From Candidatus Uhrbacteria bacterium (GTDB lineage: Bacteria; Patescibacteriota; Patescibacteriia; UBA9934; GWF2-40-263): DNA of 64,000 nucleotides. A program made the position numbers and the translations under genes. Under the pieces are notes generated by a model, which saw only the letters and a list, made by a program, of their open reading frames with translations, made no database searches and was not told where the DNA came from. Positions within the stretch are counted from its first letter, which is position 1, and the number at the start of each line of letters is the position of its first letter. Below are positions 37,804-46,592 of the stretch, in pieces. The DNA lies in the NCBI GenBank assembly GCA_016188425.1, contig JACPHX010000006.1, positions 28,585 to 92,584 on the forward strand, written 5' to 3'.

Positions 37804-38547
37804 CTACATCATCTCCATGATCCGCGCGGACACCACGACAAACACCGCCATCACAAGCACGCTTCCCAAGATTCCCATAAAGACCTGTTTTTTAGCTTTT
37901 GTATACGTCTCATCCGCTCCACTTGCCACCATCCAATTGAAAGACCCCAGAAGGACCAGGTTCGCACAGACAATTCCCATCATAAGAACAAGCACCCGCG
38001 CGCTCCGAAGGAGCATGAGCCCGCTTTCTTTCCCAGCGGAGACCGCGGAAGCGGCAAACGTTTGATCGGCAAAAGCGAGCGCTCCGACTGATACAAGAAC
38101 GAACAAAGGAAGCAACGACTGCACGAGGTCACGCACCCGTCCGCCATCCGCCCTGCCCGCGACCGCCTTCATGGCGATCCCCATCGCCTTTCCAAAATCC
38201 GCCTTGCTGCTCGCCCCAGAGGCCGCAAGCGATTCTTGCACGATCGCGCGCAATTCATCTTCCGGAAGTTGGGCGGGGAGATACGCCTCCAACAGCAAAA
38301 TTTCCCCTTCTGCCTTGGTGACCAATTCTGCGCGGCCTGCGCCGCGGGCGATCTCCAACGCTTCCTGCAGCTGCTTGAGCTGCCCCTTGACGATCGCCAA
38401 CGTTTCCTCGTCTGTGAGCGGATGCATCAGTTCGATTTGGCGGTTCTTGAGCGCCGATTTCAACAACCGCAGGGTAGAAACCCGCTCTGCCTGCTGTGCC
38501 TTATAGGCCGTCTTAAAATCGGCATCGATGCGCTCAAGGATAGTCAT
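37804..38547 (-). CDS. YqeY (GatB/YqeY domain) protein fused in-frame to a C-terminal TrbC/VirB2-like pilin module
   Basis: Residues 1-~150 match B. subtilis YqeY (...GASSKADFGKAMGIAMKAVAGRADGGRVRDLVQSLL). No stop follows; reading continues into PLFVLVSVGALAFA|DQT...LLGSFNWMVASGADETYTKAKKQVFMGILGSVLVMAVFVVV. Confidence 0.55.
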   Translation of the reverse strand: MTILERIDADFKTAYKAQQAERVSTLRLLKSALKNRQIELMHPLTDEETLAIVKGQLKQLQEALEIARGAGRAELVTKAEGEILLLEAYLPAQLPEDELRAIVQESLAASGASSKADFGKAMGIAMKAVAGRADGGRVRDLVQSLLPLFVLVSVGALAFADQTFAASAVSAGKESGLMLLRSARVLVLMMGIVCANLVLLGSFNWMVASGADETYTKAKKQVFMGILGSVLVMAVFVVVSARIMEMM

Positions 38548-38608
38548 AAAAGAAAAAGATTCATCTACAGGATAGGACAACTGGGCAAGGAAGACAACGG
38601 ACAAACGT

Positions 38609-38709
38609 AAAGGTCGAAGGTCAAAGTTCGAAGGCCGAAGGAAGGTTTTGTCTTTTTTAAAACAATGCCTTCTTCCAACCTTCGACCTTCAGAATTCGAC
38701 CTTCGACCT
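38609..38709. repeat. GAAGG-type short-tandem-repeat element, inverted pair (GTCGAAG 7-mer units) flanking ttttgtcttttttaaaacaatg
   Basis: aaggtcgaaggtcaaagttcgaaggccgaaggaagg ... ccttcttccaaccttcgaccttcagaattcgaccttcgacctt. Confidence 0.65.
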
Positions 38710-38733
38710 TATTTCTCAGCGATGTCTTCCCTT

Positions 38734-38988
38734 TTATCGCCGTCCTGGTTTCTTTTTCACCGCCAAATCCGCTTCGCTGACCCGTCCGCTCTTGATAAGC
38801 CACTCTCGCTGGGTTCCCTTCTTGATGCGGCGCAAGGCGCTTTTACGGGCGGCGTTTTTGGTTGGGGATCCGCCATGGAAACGGCGTTTCCGCGCCTCCA
38901 ACAACCGTCCGCTTTCCGAAATACGGCGGCTAAAGCGTCGCAGCACTCCTTCAAAACTTTCATTTCTACGTCGTTTTACTTCTGCCAC
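38734..38988 (-). CDS. rpsU: Ribosomal protein S21
   Basis: GTG start with AAGGAT upstream. ...AEVKRRRNESFEGVLRRFSRRISESGRLLEARKRRFHGGSPTKNAARKSALRR matches the S21 consensus. Confidence 0.7.
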   Translation of the reverse strand: MAEVKRRRNESFEGVLRRFSRRISESGRLLEARKRRFHGGSPTKNAARKSALRRIKKGTQREWLIKSGRVSEADLAVKKKPGRR

Positions 38989-39043
38989 AGAGATGATTTT
39001 TATCCTTAATATGGCGTTAGAATGCCCGTCCCTCTGGAACCTG

Positions 39044-40414
39044 TCAACTCTCCGCCTCCACAGAGCCACCGGAAAGCTTCTTCTCCATCATGGGAACGAT
39101 TTTGAGGATATCAACGGTTTCCTGCGCCCCGGATTCCATATCGCGCACAAGTATCGTGCCGTCCAGCACTTCCTTCTGACCCAAGATGAGCGCATACGCA
39201 ACGCCAAGCTTATTGGCGGCCTCAAGTTGAGACTTGAGGGCGTTCTTCCCCGAGGCCTCGGCGATCAGCACATGGGCCTTGCGGAACTCTTCAAACACGC
39301 GCAAGCCGACCCGGCGCGCGGCATCGCCCAGCTGGGCAAAAAAAATCTTGGGGCGGTTGCGGAGCTCGGGCGCGGAACCGGATTCTGTCATGGCGCGCAC
39401 GGCACGCTCTATCCCAAAGGCAAACCCGCAGGCTGGAGCCGGCCGCTCCCCTCCCATCACCTCCACCAGACGGTCGTACCGGCCGCCGCCGCACAGCGAG
39501 TTCTGCGCGCGGTCACCCGCGTCCCCTTCCTGCCAGATTTCAAAAACCGTGTGGGTATAGTAATCGAGCCCGCGAACCAGGTGCGGGTTCAGGACATACG
39601 GAACTTGCACTTCATCTAGGTACTCAATCACCTTCATGAAATGATTTTTGGAATCTTCATCCAGCCAATCCAAAATTTGCGGGGCCGCCGCCAACAGCTC
39701 GATCGTTTGCGGATCCTTGCTATCCAAGAGGCGCAACGGATTTTTTTGCAGACGATGCTTGTCTTCTTCGCTCAACTTCGCGCGATGCGTACGGAAGTAC
39801 GCCGTCAGCTGGGTGAGATACGCCTGGCGGCTCTCGGGCGTCCCGATCGAGTTCAGCTGGACGCTTACTTTTATCCCCAAATCCTGAAAGAGACGCGTGG
39901 CGATCAGGATAAGCTGCGCGTCTACCACGGGGTCTTGCACCCCAAGCACCTCAAACCCGATCTGCTGGTGCTGGCGATACCGGCCCGCCTGCGGCCGATC
40001 GTGGCGGAACATGGGCAAGTCGTACCAAAGCTTCACGGGCTGGGGCAGGTTCCACATGCCGTGGTTGATATAGGCGCGCGCAATGGAAGCCGTCCCTTCC
40101 GGCCGCAGGGCGACTTGCGTCTCGGAAGGGTCGATGAAGGTATACATCTCTTTTTCAACGACGTCCGTATGTTTCCCCAGCGTACGCGTCCACAAATCGG
40201 CCCGTTCCAGCACGGGGAGTTCGATACGGCCAAAACTGTAGGCATCTGCCATGCCGCGCGCTTGGTCGCGCACGGCATCCCACTTCGCTTGCTCCTCCGG
40301 CAATACGTCGCGGAACCCGCGCAGCAATTCAGGAGGGGCTTTTTTCTTTTTTCCATCGAGGGACAGTTTCTTTTCCTCCTTCACCACTGGTTTTTTGTTG
40401 AACATAGGAATCAA
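39044..40414 (-). CDS. hisS: Histidyl-tRNA synthetase
   Basis: Class II aaRS motifs (GFRDVLPEE..., ...RYDRLVEVMGG...). 4-nt overlap with lepB. Confidence 0.85.
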   Translation of the reverse strand: MIPMFNKKPVVKEEKKLSLDGKKKKAPPELLRGFRDVLPEEQAKWDAVRDQARGMADAYSFGRIELPVLERADLWTRTLGKHTDVVEKEMYTFIDPSETQVALRPEGTASIARAYINHGMWNLPQPVKLWYDLPMFRHDRPQAGRYRQHQQIGFEVLGVQDPVVDAQLILIATRLFQDLGIKVSVQLNSIGTPESRQAYLTQLTAYFRTHRAKLSEEDKHRLQKNPLRLLDSKDPQTIELLAAAPQILDWLDEDSKNHFMKVIEYLDEVQVPYVLNPHLVRGLDYYTHTVFEIWQEGDAGDRAQNSLCGGGRYDRLVEVMGGERPAPACGFAFGIERAVRAMTESGSAPELRNRPKIFFAQLGDAARRVGLRVFEEFRKAHVLIAEASGKNALKSQLEAANKLGVAYALILGQKEVLDGTILVRDMESGAQETVDILKIVPMMEKKLSGGSVEAES

Positions 40415-41031
40415 TCTAAAAATTGGTAAACGGGTCCCTCAAAGACGCGAAGGCGGGAGATGGGAAGGCCTCGTACCCATACCCGGCCGACGATATCGGA
40501 ACGGCGAATGGGACCGAAGCTGCGTGAATCGAGACTTTCATCACGATTATCTCCGAGCACATAATATTCGTCTTCCGCGAGCGTTTCCCGACGTTTCCCG
40601 AATGTCTCGACGCTGTCCAGATACGTCTCTGACAGAACTATTCCGTTAGGGTAATCCGTATTGGAAATCGTCACCTTTCCTTCACTTACCTCTATCGTTT
40701 CCCCTGGAAGCGCAATCACCCGCTTGATGAAATATTGCTTGGAATCCGTTGGCGGCCGGAACACCACGATCTCCCCCCGGTCCGGATGGCGGAACCGGTA
40801 GGAAAGCTCGTCGATGATGAGGTATTCGTGGTCATAAAAATTGGGCTCCATAGACGCCCCCTTCACATAAAACGGCTGGATCAAGAAGTACCGGATGGGC
40901 AAGATGATGGCAACCGCGATAATCAGGATCTCGACAATCTGGATGAAAAACAAACTGACCGCTCCGAGGGTGGGCCCAAAACGCTCAAACAAAAACGAAC
41001 GGTTCGGGGGTTTCTCGATGCCCTCATGCAT
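40411..41031 (-). CDS. lepB: Signal peptidase I
   Basis: VKGASMEPNF (Ser box), YFIKRVIALPGE, YYVLGDNRDESLDSR boxes. Confidence 0.8.
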   Translation of the reverse strand: MHEGIEKPPNRSFLFERFGPTLGAVSLFFIQIVEILIIAVAIILPIRYFLIQPFYVKGASMEPNFYDHEYLIIDELSYRFRHPDRGEIVVFRPPTDSKQYFIKRVIALPGETIEVSEGKVTISNTDYPNGIVLSETYLDSVETFGKRRETLAEDEYYVLGDNRDESLDSRSFGPIRRSDIVGRVWVRGLPISRLRVFEGPVYQFLD

Positions 41032-41129
41032 AGTGGTTGCTAGCGTATCACTCGGAAAGGGAAAAATCAAAAGGTGACGGATTCCCTGGAATCCTGCTAA
41101 ACTATTTTACAAATAAACCCCTCTTTCCT

Positions 41130-41399
41130 ATGGACCAGAGTTTTGTGTGGATCAGCATCCTTTTTTCCATCGTCATGTTCGTGGTAGGCATCGCCGCCTT
41201 CGTCTTCTGGGTGTACACCCTCATTCACGCGATCAAGCACGATAATAAGGACAAGGCGCTCTGGATCGTCCTCATCGTCTTCACGGGTGTCGTAGGCTCG
41301 CTCATCTACTACTTCGTCGTGATGCGCGCGACCACAAGCACGCCAACAGGAATGTCCGGGCATCATATGCCCCCGACGTCGATGCCGCCTTCGGCGTAG
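41130..41399 (+). CDS. Small membrane protein, PLD-nuclease N-terminal (PLDc_N)-like
   Basis: MDQSFVWISILFSIVMFVVGIAAFVFWVYTLIHAIKHDNKDKALWIVLIVFTGVVGSLIYYFV. Confidence 0.5.
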   Translation: MDQSFVWISILFSIVMFVVGIAAFVFWVYTLIHAIKHDNKDKALWIVLIVFTGVVGSLIYYFVVMRATTSTPTGMSGHHMPPTSMPPSA

Positions 41400-41421
41400 A
41401 CACAAAAGAAATACATAAAAA

Positions 41422-41457
41422 ATACCCAACTCATCGGTTGGGTATTTTTTATGGTGG
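41422..41457. terminator. Bidirectional terminator hairpin (aaaaaatacccaactcatcggttgggtatttttt)
   Basis: Perfect stem flanked by A-run and T-run, between the convergent PLDc_N gene and tRNA-Val. Confidence 0.6.
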
Positions 41458-41528
41458 GCGTGAGAGGATTCGAACCTCTGACTTCTGTCGTGTGAGGACA
41501 GCGCTCTAACCAGCTGAGCTACACGCCC
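41453..41528 (-). tRNA. tRNA-Val (CAC), CCA encoded
   Basis: rc GGGCGTGTAGCTCAGCTGGTTAGAGCGCTGTCCTCACACGACAGAAGTCAGAGGTTCGAATCCTCTCACGCCCACCA. Confidence 0.85.
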
Positions 41529-41622
41529 GTATTTGTGGGCAGAGCATAACAAGGGGGAAGAAAAGGTTCAAGCAGCGCGGTTGAAAAAATGCGACAGGCG
41601 CGCTACACTTCTTCTTGCTATG

Positions 41623-43179
41623 GACCACCCGCAAATCGACTTTCTCAAAAAGAAATACGAACTCGATGAAGCGCGACGCCGGCCGTTTCTTTTTTTTGGG
41701 AAGGGGCTCGCGGTCCTCCTGGTCGTGGTCGCCGTCGCCGCCAGCGCCTTTTCCTACAAAATTGCAACCACGGCCGAAAGCCGCGGGTTCCTTGCTTCGA
41801 TCCCTCTGTTTCGACACATCACGAATATTGTCAGTGCGAATGAACAGAAACTGAAAGGAGAGGAAGAAGATCGCGTCAATATTCTGCTTCTGGGCATCGG
41901 GGGCGCCGGGCACGATGGCCCACAGCTTTCCGATACCAACATGCTTGTGAGTCTCCGCCCCTCCGATAAACGAGTCGCACTGCTTTCCATCCCCCGCGAC
42001 ATGGCCGTCCCGGTTCCCAACCATGGAACCGTAAAAATAAATAGCGCCAATGCCTATGGGGAAGCCCAGGAGGCCGGGGAAGGACCGGCGCTGGCAAGTG
42101 CCGTGGTGGCAGACGTATTCGCCCAACCCGTACATTATTATGTCCGTGTCGATTTCAGCGGATTCGCCGATCTGATCGATTCCTTGGGCGGCATCGATGT
42201 TGAGGTTGAACAGTCTTTCATGGATCCACAATATCCAACCCCAGGAAAAGAAGACGCCAATTGCGGTACCACCGAAACGATTCTGGATGAAAACCAACAA
42301 CCCCTCGAGGTGCCAACCTACGGATGCCGTTTCGAGGTACTCACGTTCAAAAAGGGGGAAAAGCACATGAACGGGCAGACCGCCCTCAAATTCGTACGCT
42401 CGCGCCACGGCAGCAACGGGGAGGGATCCGACTTCGCCCGCGCCCGTCGTCAACAGCTTGTGCTTGACGCCGTCAAACGAAAAATATTCTCGGCCTCCAC
42501 CCTTTTGAATCCCGCCAAAATCAGCGCGCTGCTTTCAACATTCAAAGCCAACATCAAAACCGATCTTGAACCGTGGGAAATTCTCCGCCTCGCCAACACA
42601 TTCGGAGAGGTAAAACGCGAAGAAATCATCAGCCACGTATTGGACGCCTCCCCAACGTCGCCCCTCTACGCCACCTCTTCTGCCACCGGTGCCTATATCC
42701 TCGCCCCCAAAAGCGGTGATTGGGACGCCGTGCGGGCCCTCACCGCCCAGCTGTTTGAACAAGAGCCGGACCTGTCGGCCGCCTCTTCTGTTTCGAAGGC
42801 CGCCCCCCTGCAAACACTGGCTCGCGTGTTCATTGAAAATGGAACACCGACCGTTGGGCTGGCAGGGCTCATGGAAAACGTCTTAAGCCCCGAAGGTTTC
42901 GCGGTGGAAGGGGTAGGCAATGCCCCCAGCCGTGACCACGACGCAACACTTGTGTACGTGCTCAATAACCAAAAAGCTGACGCCTTGGCCGTCTTGCGGG
43001 AACTGACAGGAACGGTCGTCATTATTGATGAAAACGGATGGTCTACCAAGGAGGACAATTTACCAACAACCATCACCAGAGACGCCGCTCGTTTCCCGGC
43101 GCTCAAGGAACAAAAGAAGGTTGACTTTGTGGTCATTTTAGGCAATGATGCGGCGAAGCGACTCTCGACCCAAGAATAA
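41623..43179 (+). CDS. LytR-CpsA-Psr (LCP) family cell-envelope phosphotransferase with C-terminal LytR_C-like domain
   Basis: N-terminal TM, VNILLLGIGGAGHDGPQLSDTNMLVSLRP...LLSIPRDMAV LCP core. Confidence 0.75.
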   Translation, partial: DHPQIDFLKKKYELDEARRRPFLFFGKGLAVLLVVVAVAASAFSYKIATTAESRGFLASIPLFRHITNIVSANEQKLKGEEEDRVNILLLGIGGAGHDGPQLSDTNMLVSLRPSDKRVALLSIPRDMAVPVPNHGTVKINSANAYGEAQEAGEGPALASAVVADVFAQPVHYYVRVDFSGFADLIDSLGGIDVEVEQSFMDPQYPTPGKEDANCGTTETILDENQQPLEVPTYGCRFEVLTFKKGEKHMNGQTALKFVRSRHGSNGEGSDFARARRQQLVLDAVKRKIFSASTLLNPAKISALLSTFKANIKTDLEPWEILRLANTFGEVKREEIISHVLDASPTSPLYATSSATGAYILAPKSGDWDAVRALTAQLFEQEPDLSAASSVSKAAPLQTLARVFIENGTPTVGLAGLMENVLSPEGFAVEGVGNAPSRDHDATLVYVLNNQKADALAVLRELTGTVVIIDENGWSTKEDNLPTTITRDAARFPALKEQKKVDFVVILGNDAAKRLSTQE

Positions 43180-43205
43180 TCGTTATCCGAAATCCGCTTC
43201 ATTGT

Positions 43206-44582
43206 ATGACCACCCAGCCGATGCCAACCGTGGCACTCGTCGGCCGCACCAATGTTGGAAAATCCACCCTCTTCAACCGCCTCACCGAAGGCCAGGATGC
43301 CATCACCAGCAAAGAACCTGGCACCACTCGCGACCGCAAGGAAGGGCGCGTGCTGTGGCGCGGCAAACTCTTGCGTCTCATCGATACCGGAGGATTGGAT
43401 GCGGGAACCGAAAACGACATTGATACGTCCGTCATCAAACAAGCCCACATCGCGATGAAAGAAGCGGATGTCGTTTTGTTTTTGGTCGACGCCAAGACCG
43501 GCCCGCTTCCCCAGGATGTCACGCTCGCGCGCACCCTCAAGCGAATGAAACTGAATGTATATCTTGTCCTAAACAAAGCAGACACGACCGGCGACCAGAT
43601 GACGATCCATAACAAGGAATGGATCAATCTTGGGCTGGGCGTCCCCATGGCCATTTCCGCCATCCGCAGCATCAGCTTGGGCGACCTGTTGGATCTGGTT
43701 CACACCGAACTGGATCGCCTGGGCAAACAACCGACGGAACCGTCAGAAGTGGAGGCGGTAAAAGTGGCCGTGCTTGGGCGCCCCAATGTCGGCAAGTCGT
43801 CTTTGCTGAACGCGATCATCGGCGGCGAGCGGTTCATCGCGACCCCGATTGCACACACCACTCGCGAGCCCAATGACACACTCATAGAGCACAACGGGAA
43901 GAACTATCTCTTTATCGACACCGCTGGTATTCGCAAGATGGGCAAAGGAGGAAAGGAACGACAGCTTGATAATGAGGGGTTGGAGAAGACAAAAGAAACC
44001 GTCCGTAACGCCGATGTCATCCTGCTCGTCCTGGATAGCTCGGAGCAACTTTCCGCATCCGACCGCCATCTGGGATCCATCATCGCGGACTCGCGCGCAG
44101 CCGTGATCGTGGTTGCCAACAAGTGGGACTTGCTGCCAGACAAAGACCCGACCACGCAAAACAAGTTCATCAAATACATCGCGGCGCACTTTACCCTCCT
44201 CACCTGGGCGCCGATCATCTTCACGAGCGCCAAGACCGGCCAACGCGTGGAGAAACTTTTTGATTTGATCGACAAGGTTGAATCTGCACGTCACCAAGTG
44301 CTGGACGAGGAACAGATGGAAAACTTCTGGCGCAAGGCGATCGTCCACCACAAGCCCGCCAAAAGCAAAGGGCCGAAACCCCCGAAGGTCCTGGGCATGC
44401 GCCAGACGCGCACCGCCCCGCCTACCTTCAACCTCCTCCTCAAAGCCAGCCGTCGGGACATGCTCCACCCCACCTACCTCCGCTACCTCGAAAACCGCAT
44501 GCGCGAGCACTTCGACCTCACCGGCACCCCGGTGCGCATCAACATCGAACTTCCGAGGGCACGCGCGAGTCAGCAGGCATAA
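43206..44582 (+). CDS. der: GTPase Der/EngA (tandem G domains plus KH-like C-terminus)
   Basis: Two GxxxxGKS P-loops (VALVGRTNVGKST; VAVLGRPNVGKSS), DTAG motifs. Confidence 0.85.
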   Translation: MTTQPMPTVALVGRTNVGKSTLFNRLTEGQDAITSKEPGTTRDRKEGRVLWRGKLLRLIDTGGLDAGTENDIDTSVIKQAHIAMKEADVVLFLVDAKTGPLPQDVTLARTLKRMKLNVYLVLNKADTTGDQMTIHNKEWINLGLGVPMAISAIRSISLGDLLDLVHTELDRLGKQPTEPSEVEAVKVAVLGRPNVGKSSLLNAIIGGERFIATPIAHTTREPNDTLIEHNGKNYLFIDTAGIRKMGKGGKERQLDNEGLEKTKETVRNADVILLVLDSSEQLSASDRHLGSIIADSRAAVIVVANKWDLLPDKDPTTQNKFIKYIAAHFTLLTWAPIIFTSAKTGQRVEKLFDLIDKVESARHQVLDEEQMENFWRKAIVHHKPAKSKGPKPPKVLGMRQTRTAPPTFNLLLKASRRDMLHPTYLRYLENRMREHFDLTGTPVRINIELPRARASQQA

Positions 44583-44687
44583 AAAAGAGACCCCCCGAGC
44601 CAAGTCGAGGGGTCTTTTTGTTTGTAAGATCTCATTTTTTTTGGTTCAATGCGCTCAATCCAACCCTAATCCGTAACGTCTGTTCCT

Positions 44688-45263
44688 ATGCACCTCATCC
44701 TCGGCCTGGGCAATCCGGAACCAAAATACGTCTCCACCCGCCACAACCTCGGGTTCCTTACGGTGGATGCGTTTGCGAAGGAACATTCGTTTTCCTTTAC
44801 ATCGAAAGACTCGATGTCTGCCGACGTAGCAGAAGGACGCATCAATGAAGAGAAGGTCGTCTTGGCAAAACCAACGACGCATATGAATTTGAGCGGCGAG
44901 GCAGTGAAGAAGCTCGTGGAGAAGTACCGCGTCGCGCCAGACCAAATCATCGTCGTCTACGACGATGCAGACCTTCCGTTTGGCATGATCCGCACCGGCG
45001 TCAACAAAAGCGCCGGCGGGCACAATGGTGTGCAATCCATCATCGAGAACCTCCCCGCCGAGGCCCCGTTCCTGCGTGTCCGCATGGGCATCGGCCGTCC
45101 GACGGATACAAGCATCCCCCTGGATGTTTGGGTGTTAAGCAAGTGGACAGATGAGGAACAAAAGGCGTTGCCGGAATTGATTGCGCGCGGAACGCAAGCC
45201 ATTGACGCGCTCCGAACATCACCTCCCCCCCCCTCTCCTCAACGAGGAGAGAAACCAAATTGA
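44688..45263 (+). CDS. pth: Peptidyl-tRNA hydrolase
   Basis: MHLILGLGNPEPKYVSTRHNLGF... canonical Pth. Confidence 0.85.
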   Translation: MHLILGLGNPEPKYVSTRHNLGFLTVDAFAKEHSFSFTSKDSMSADVAEGRINEEKVVLAKPTTHMNLSGEAVKKLVEKYRVAPDQIIVVYDDADLPFGMIRTGVNKSAGGHNGVQSIIENLPAEAPFLRVRMGIGRPTDTSIPLDVWVLSKWTDEEQKALPELIARGTQAIDALRTSPPPPSPQRGEKPN

Positions 45264-45295
45264 CGTCCCCTTCCTTTTTCTCCCCCCTCTCAGAG

Positions 45296-45413
45296 TCCTG
45301 TCCTACAGGCATATAAGTGAATATTTATTAACTCGCTTCTCGCGCGATATGAAGATGTGCGCTCGTACGCTCAAACAGAATAAATATTCACTCATATGCC
45401 TGTAGGACAGGAC
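45296..45413 (+). ncRNA. Hairpin element family, copy 1 (candidate structured RNA/cis-regulatory element): 35-bp near-perfect inverted arms around a 49-nt core
   Basis: Arms gtcctgtcctacaggcatataagtgaatatttatt / aataaatattcactcatatgcctgtaggacaggac (1 mismatch). Core AACTCGCTTCTCGC...AGATGTG...GCTCGTACGCTCAAACAG is shared with the copy at 60883-61011, whose arms are unrelated in sequence but equally self-complementary. Confidence 0.5.
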
Positions 45414-46487
45414 GACCTCCCCTTCTGGCTCGGCTTCGCCCGTTTCTCCCGCTTTGGCCCCAAGAGCATGGAGAGGATCCTCAATTCCTTCCCTTCCATG
45501 GAATCCGCATGGCGCGCGCCGGCGGATCGTCTTGTGATGATCGGCCTTCGAACGCCGACGGTAGAAAAATTTATCCTTGAGCGCGAAGGTATCAATTTGG
45601 ATCAGGAGATGGAACTTTTGCAAACCCACGGCCTTCGTATTGTGACCAGGCGGGACGCCGATTACCCGAAACCATTCACGCACCTCCATGACGCGCCCGC
45701 GTATTTCTTTTTGCGTGGCTCGCTCCCCAACCCGAAACTTCCAACCCTCGCGGTCGTCGGCTCGCGCACCGCCACAAGCTACGCCCACGCGGCGATGCGT
45801 ATCCTCGTGGAACCAGTCGCCGAAAACGGCGTCGTTATCGTGAGCGGTCTCGCGCGCGGCATAGACACGCTCGCGCATGAATGCGCGTTGCGCATGGGCG
45901 CGCCCACGATCGCTGTCATCGGCTCCGGCCTGGATCGCGCCAGCATGTATCCGGCACAAAATCGCGACCTTGCAGAGAGGATCGTCAAAAGCGGCGGCGC
46001 CGTCATCTCGGAATACCCGGTAGGAAAAGAGGCACACCCTGAGCATTTCCCCATCCGCAACCGCCTCATCGCGGCCCTGGGGAAAGCGACGCTTGTTGTA
46101 GAGGGCGCTATCAAATCCGGCTCGCTCATCACCGCCAAAGAGACGCTCGACGTCGGCCGTGACGTCCTTGCGGTCCCCGGCCCCATCACCTCCCCGCTCT
46201 CGGAAGGACCAAACGCCCTCATTCGCGCCGGCGCCGTCCCCGCCACCAAACCGGAAGACATCTACCACTCGCTTGGCGTCACGCCCCTGGAAGAAAAGAC
46301 AACTGCCGTCGCCGAGAACCCAACCGAAGAGGCCATCCTTGCCTCTCTCTCGCAGGTCGCGATTCATGTAGACGACCTCATCCGACAAACAAAACTACCT
46401 GCGATGACCGTTTTGAGCACGCTCACGATATTGGAAATGAGGGGAGCGGCGAGGTCGCTGTTGGGGAAAATGTATACGCGTGGGTAA
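45396..46487 (+). CDS. dprA: DNA processing protein DprA (Smf)
   Basis: ...FWLGFARFSRFGPKSMERILNSF... N-terminal SAM-like region; Rossmann-like core LAVVGSRTATSYAH...VVISGLARGIDT. Start codon lies inside the right arm of the upstream hairpin element. Confidence 0.8.
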   Translation: MPVGQDDLPFWLGFARFSRFGPKSMERILNSFPSMESAWRAPADRLVMIGLRTPTVEKFILEREGINLDQEMELLQTHGLRIVTRRDADYPKPFTHLHDAPAYFFLRGSLPNPKLPTLAVVGSRTATSYAHAAMRILVEPVAENGVVIVSGLARGIDTLAHECALRMGAPTIAVIGSGLDRASMYPAQNRDLAERIVKSGGAVISEYPVGKEAHPEHFPIRNRLIAALGKATLVVEGAIKSGSLITAKETLDVGRDVLAVPGPITSPLSEGPNALIRAGAVPATKPEDIYHSLGVTPLEEKTTAVAENPTEEAILASLSQVAIHVDDLIRQTKLPAMTVLSTLTILEMRGAARSLLGKMYTRG

Positions 46488-46578
46488 CAAGTTTCAAGGG
46501 TCGCAAGGGCGACAAGGGTTTCAAGAGCAAATGATTTAAGACAAACGCCCTTGCGACCCTTATAACACTTGAAACCCT
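46481..46578. repeat. CAAGG-type short-tandem-repeat element, inverted pair (9-mers GTTTCAAGG/GTCGCAAGG/GCGACAAGG)
   Basis: tttcaagggtcgcaagggcgacaagggtttcaagag ... gcccttgcgacccttataacacttgaaacccttgcaacccc; between convergent dprA and ABC exporter genes. Confidence 0.65.
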
Positions 46579-46592
46579 TGCAACCCCTCTCT

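Noticed and set aside
45181-45405. Small ORFs ending ...NKYSLICL on both strands at the pth-dprA hairpin, and MWARLVRSNTNKQSS at the aspS copy
   Set aside because: The peptide similarity is a by-product of the conserved DNA core and inverted arms; arm co-variation argues for structure, not coding.
45296-45413. Hairpin element as a MITE or integron attC site
   Set aside because: The inverted arms of the two copies are unrelated in sequence while the internal core is conserved (the opposite of MITEs); no GTTRRRY/RYYYAAC attC boxes seen.
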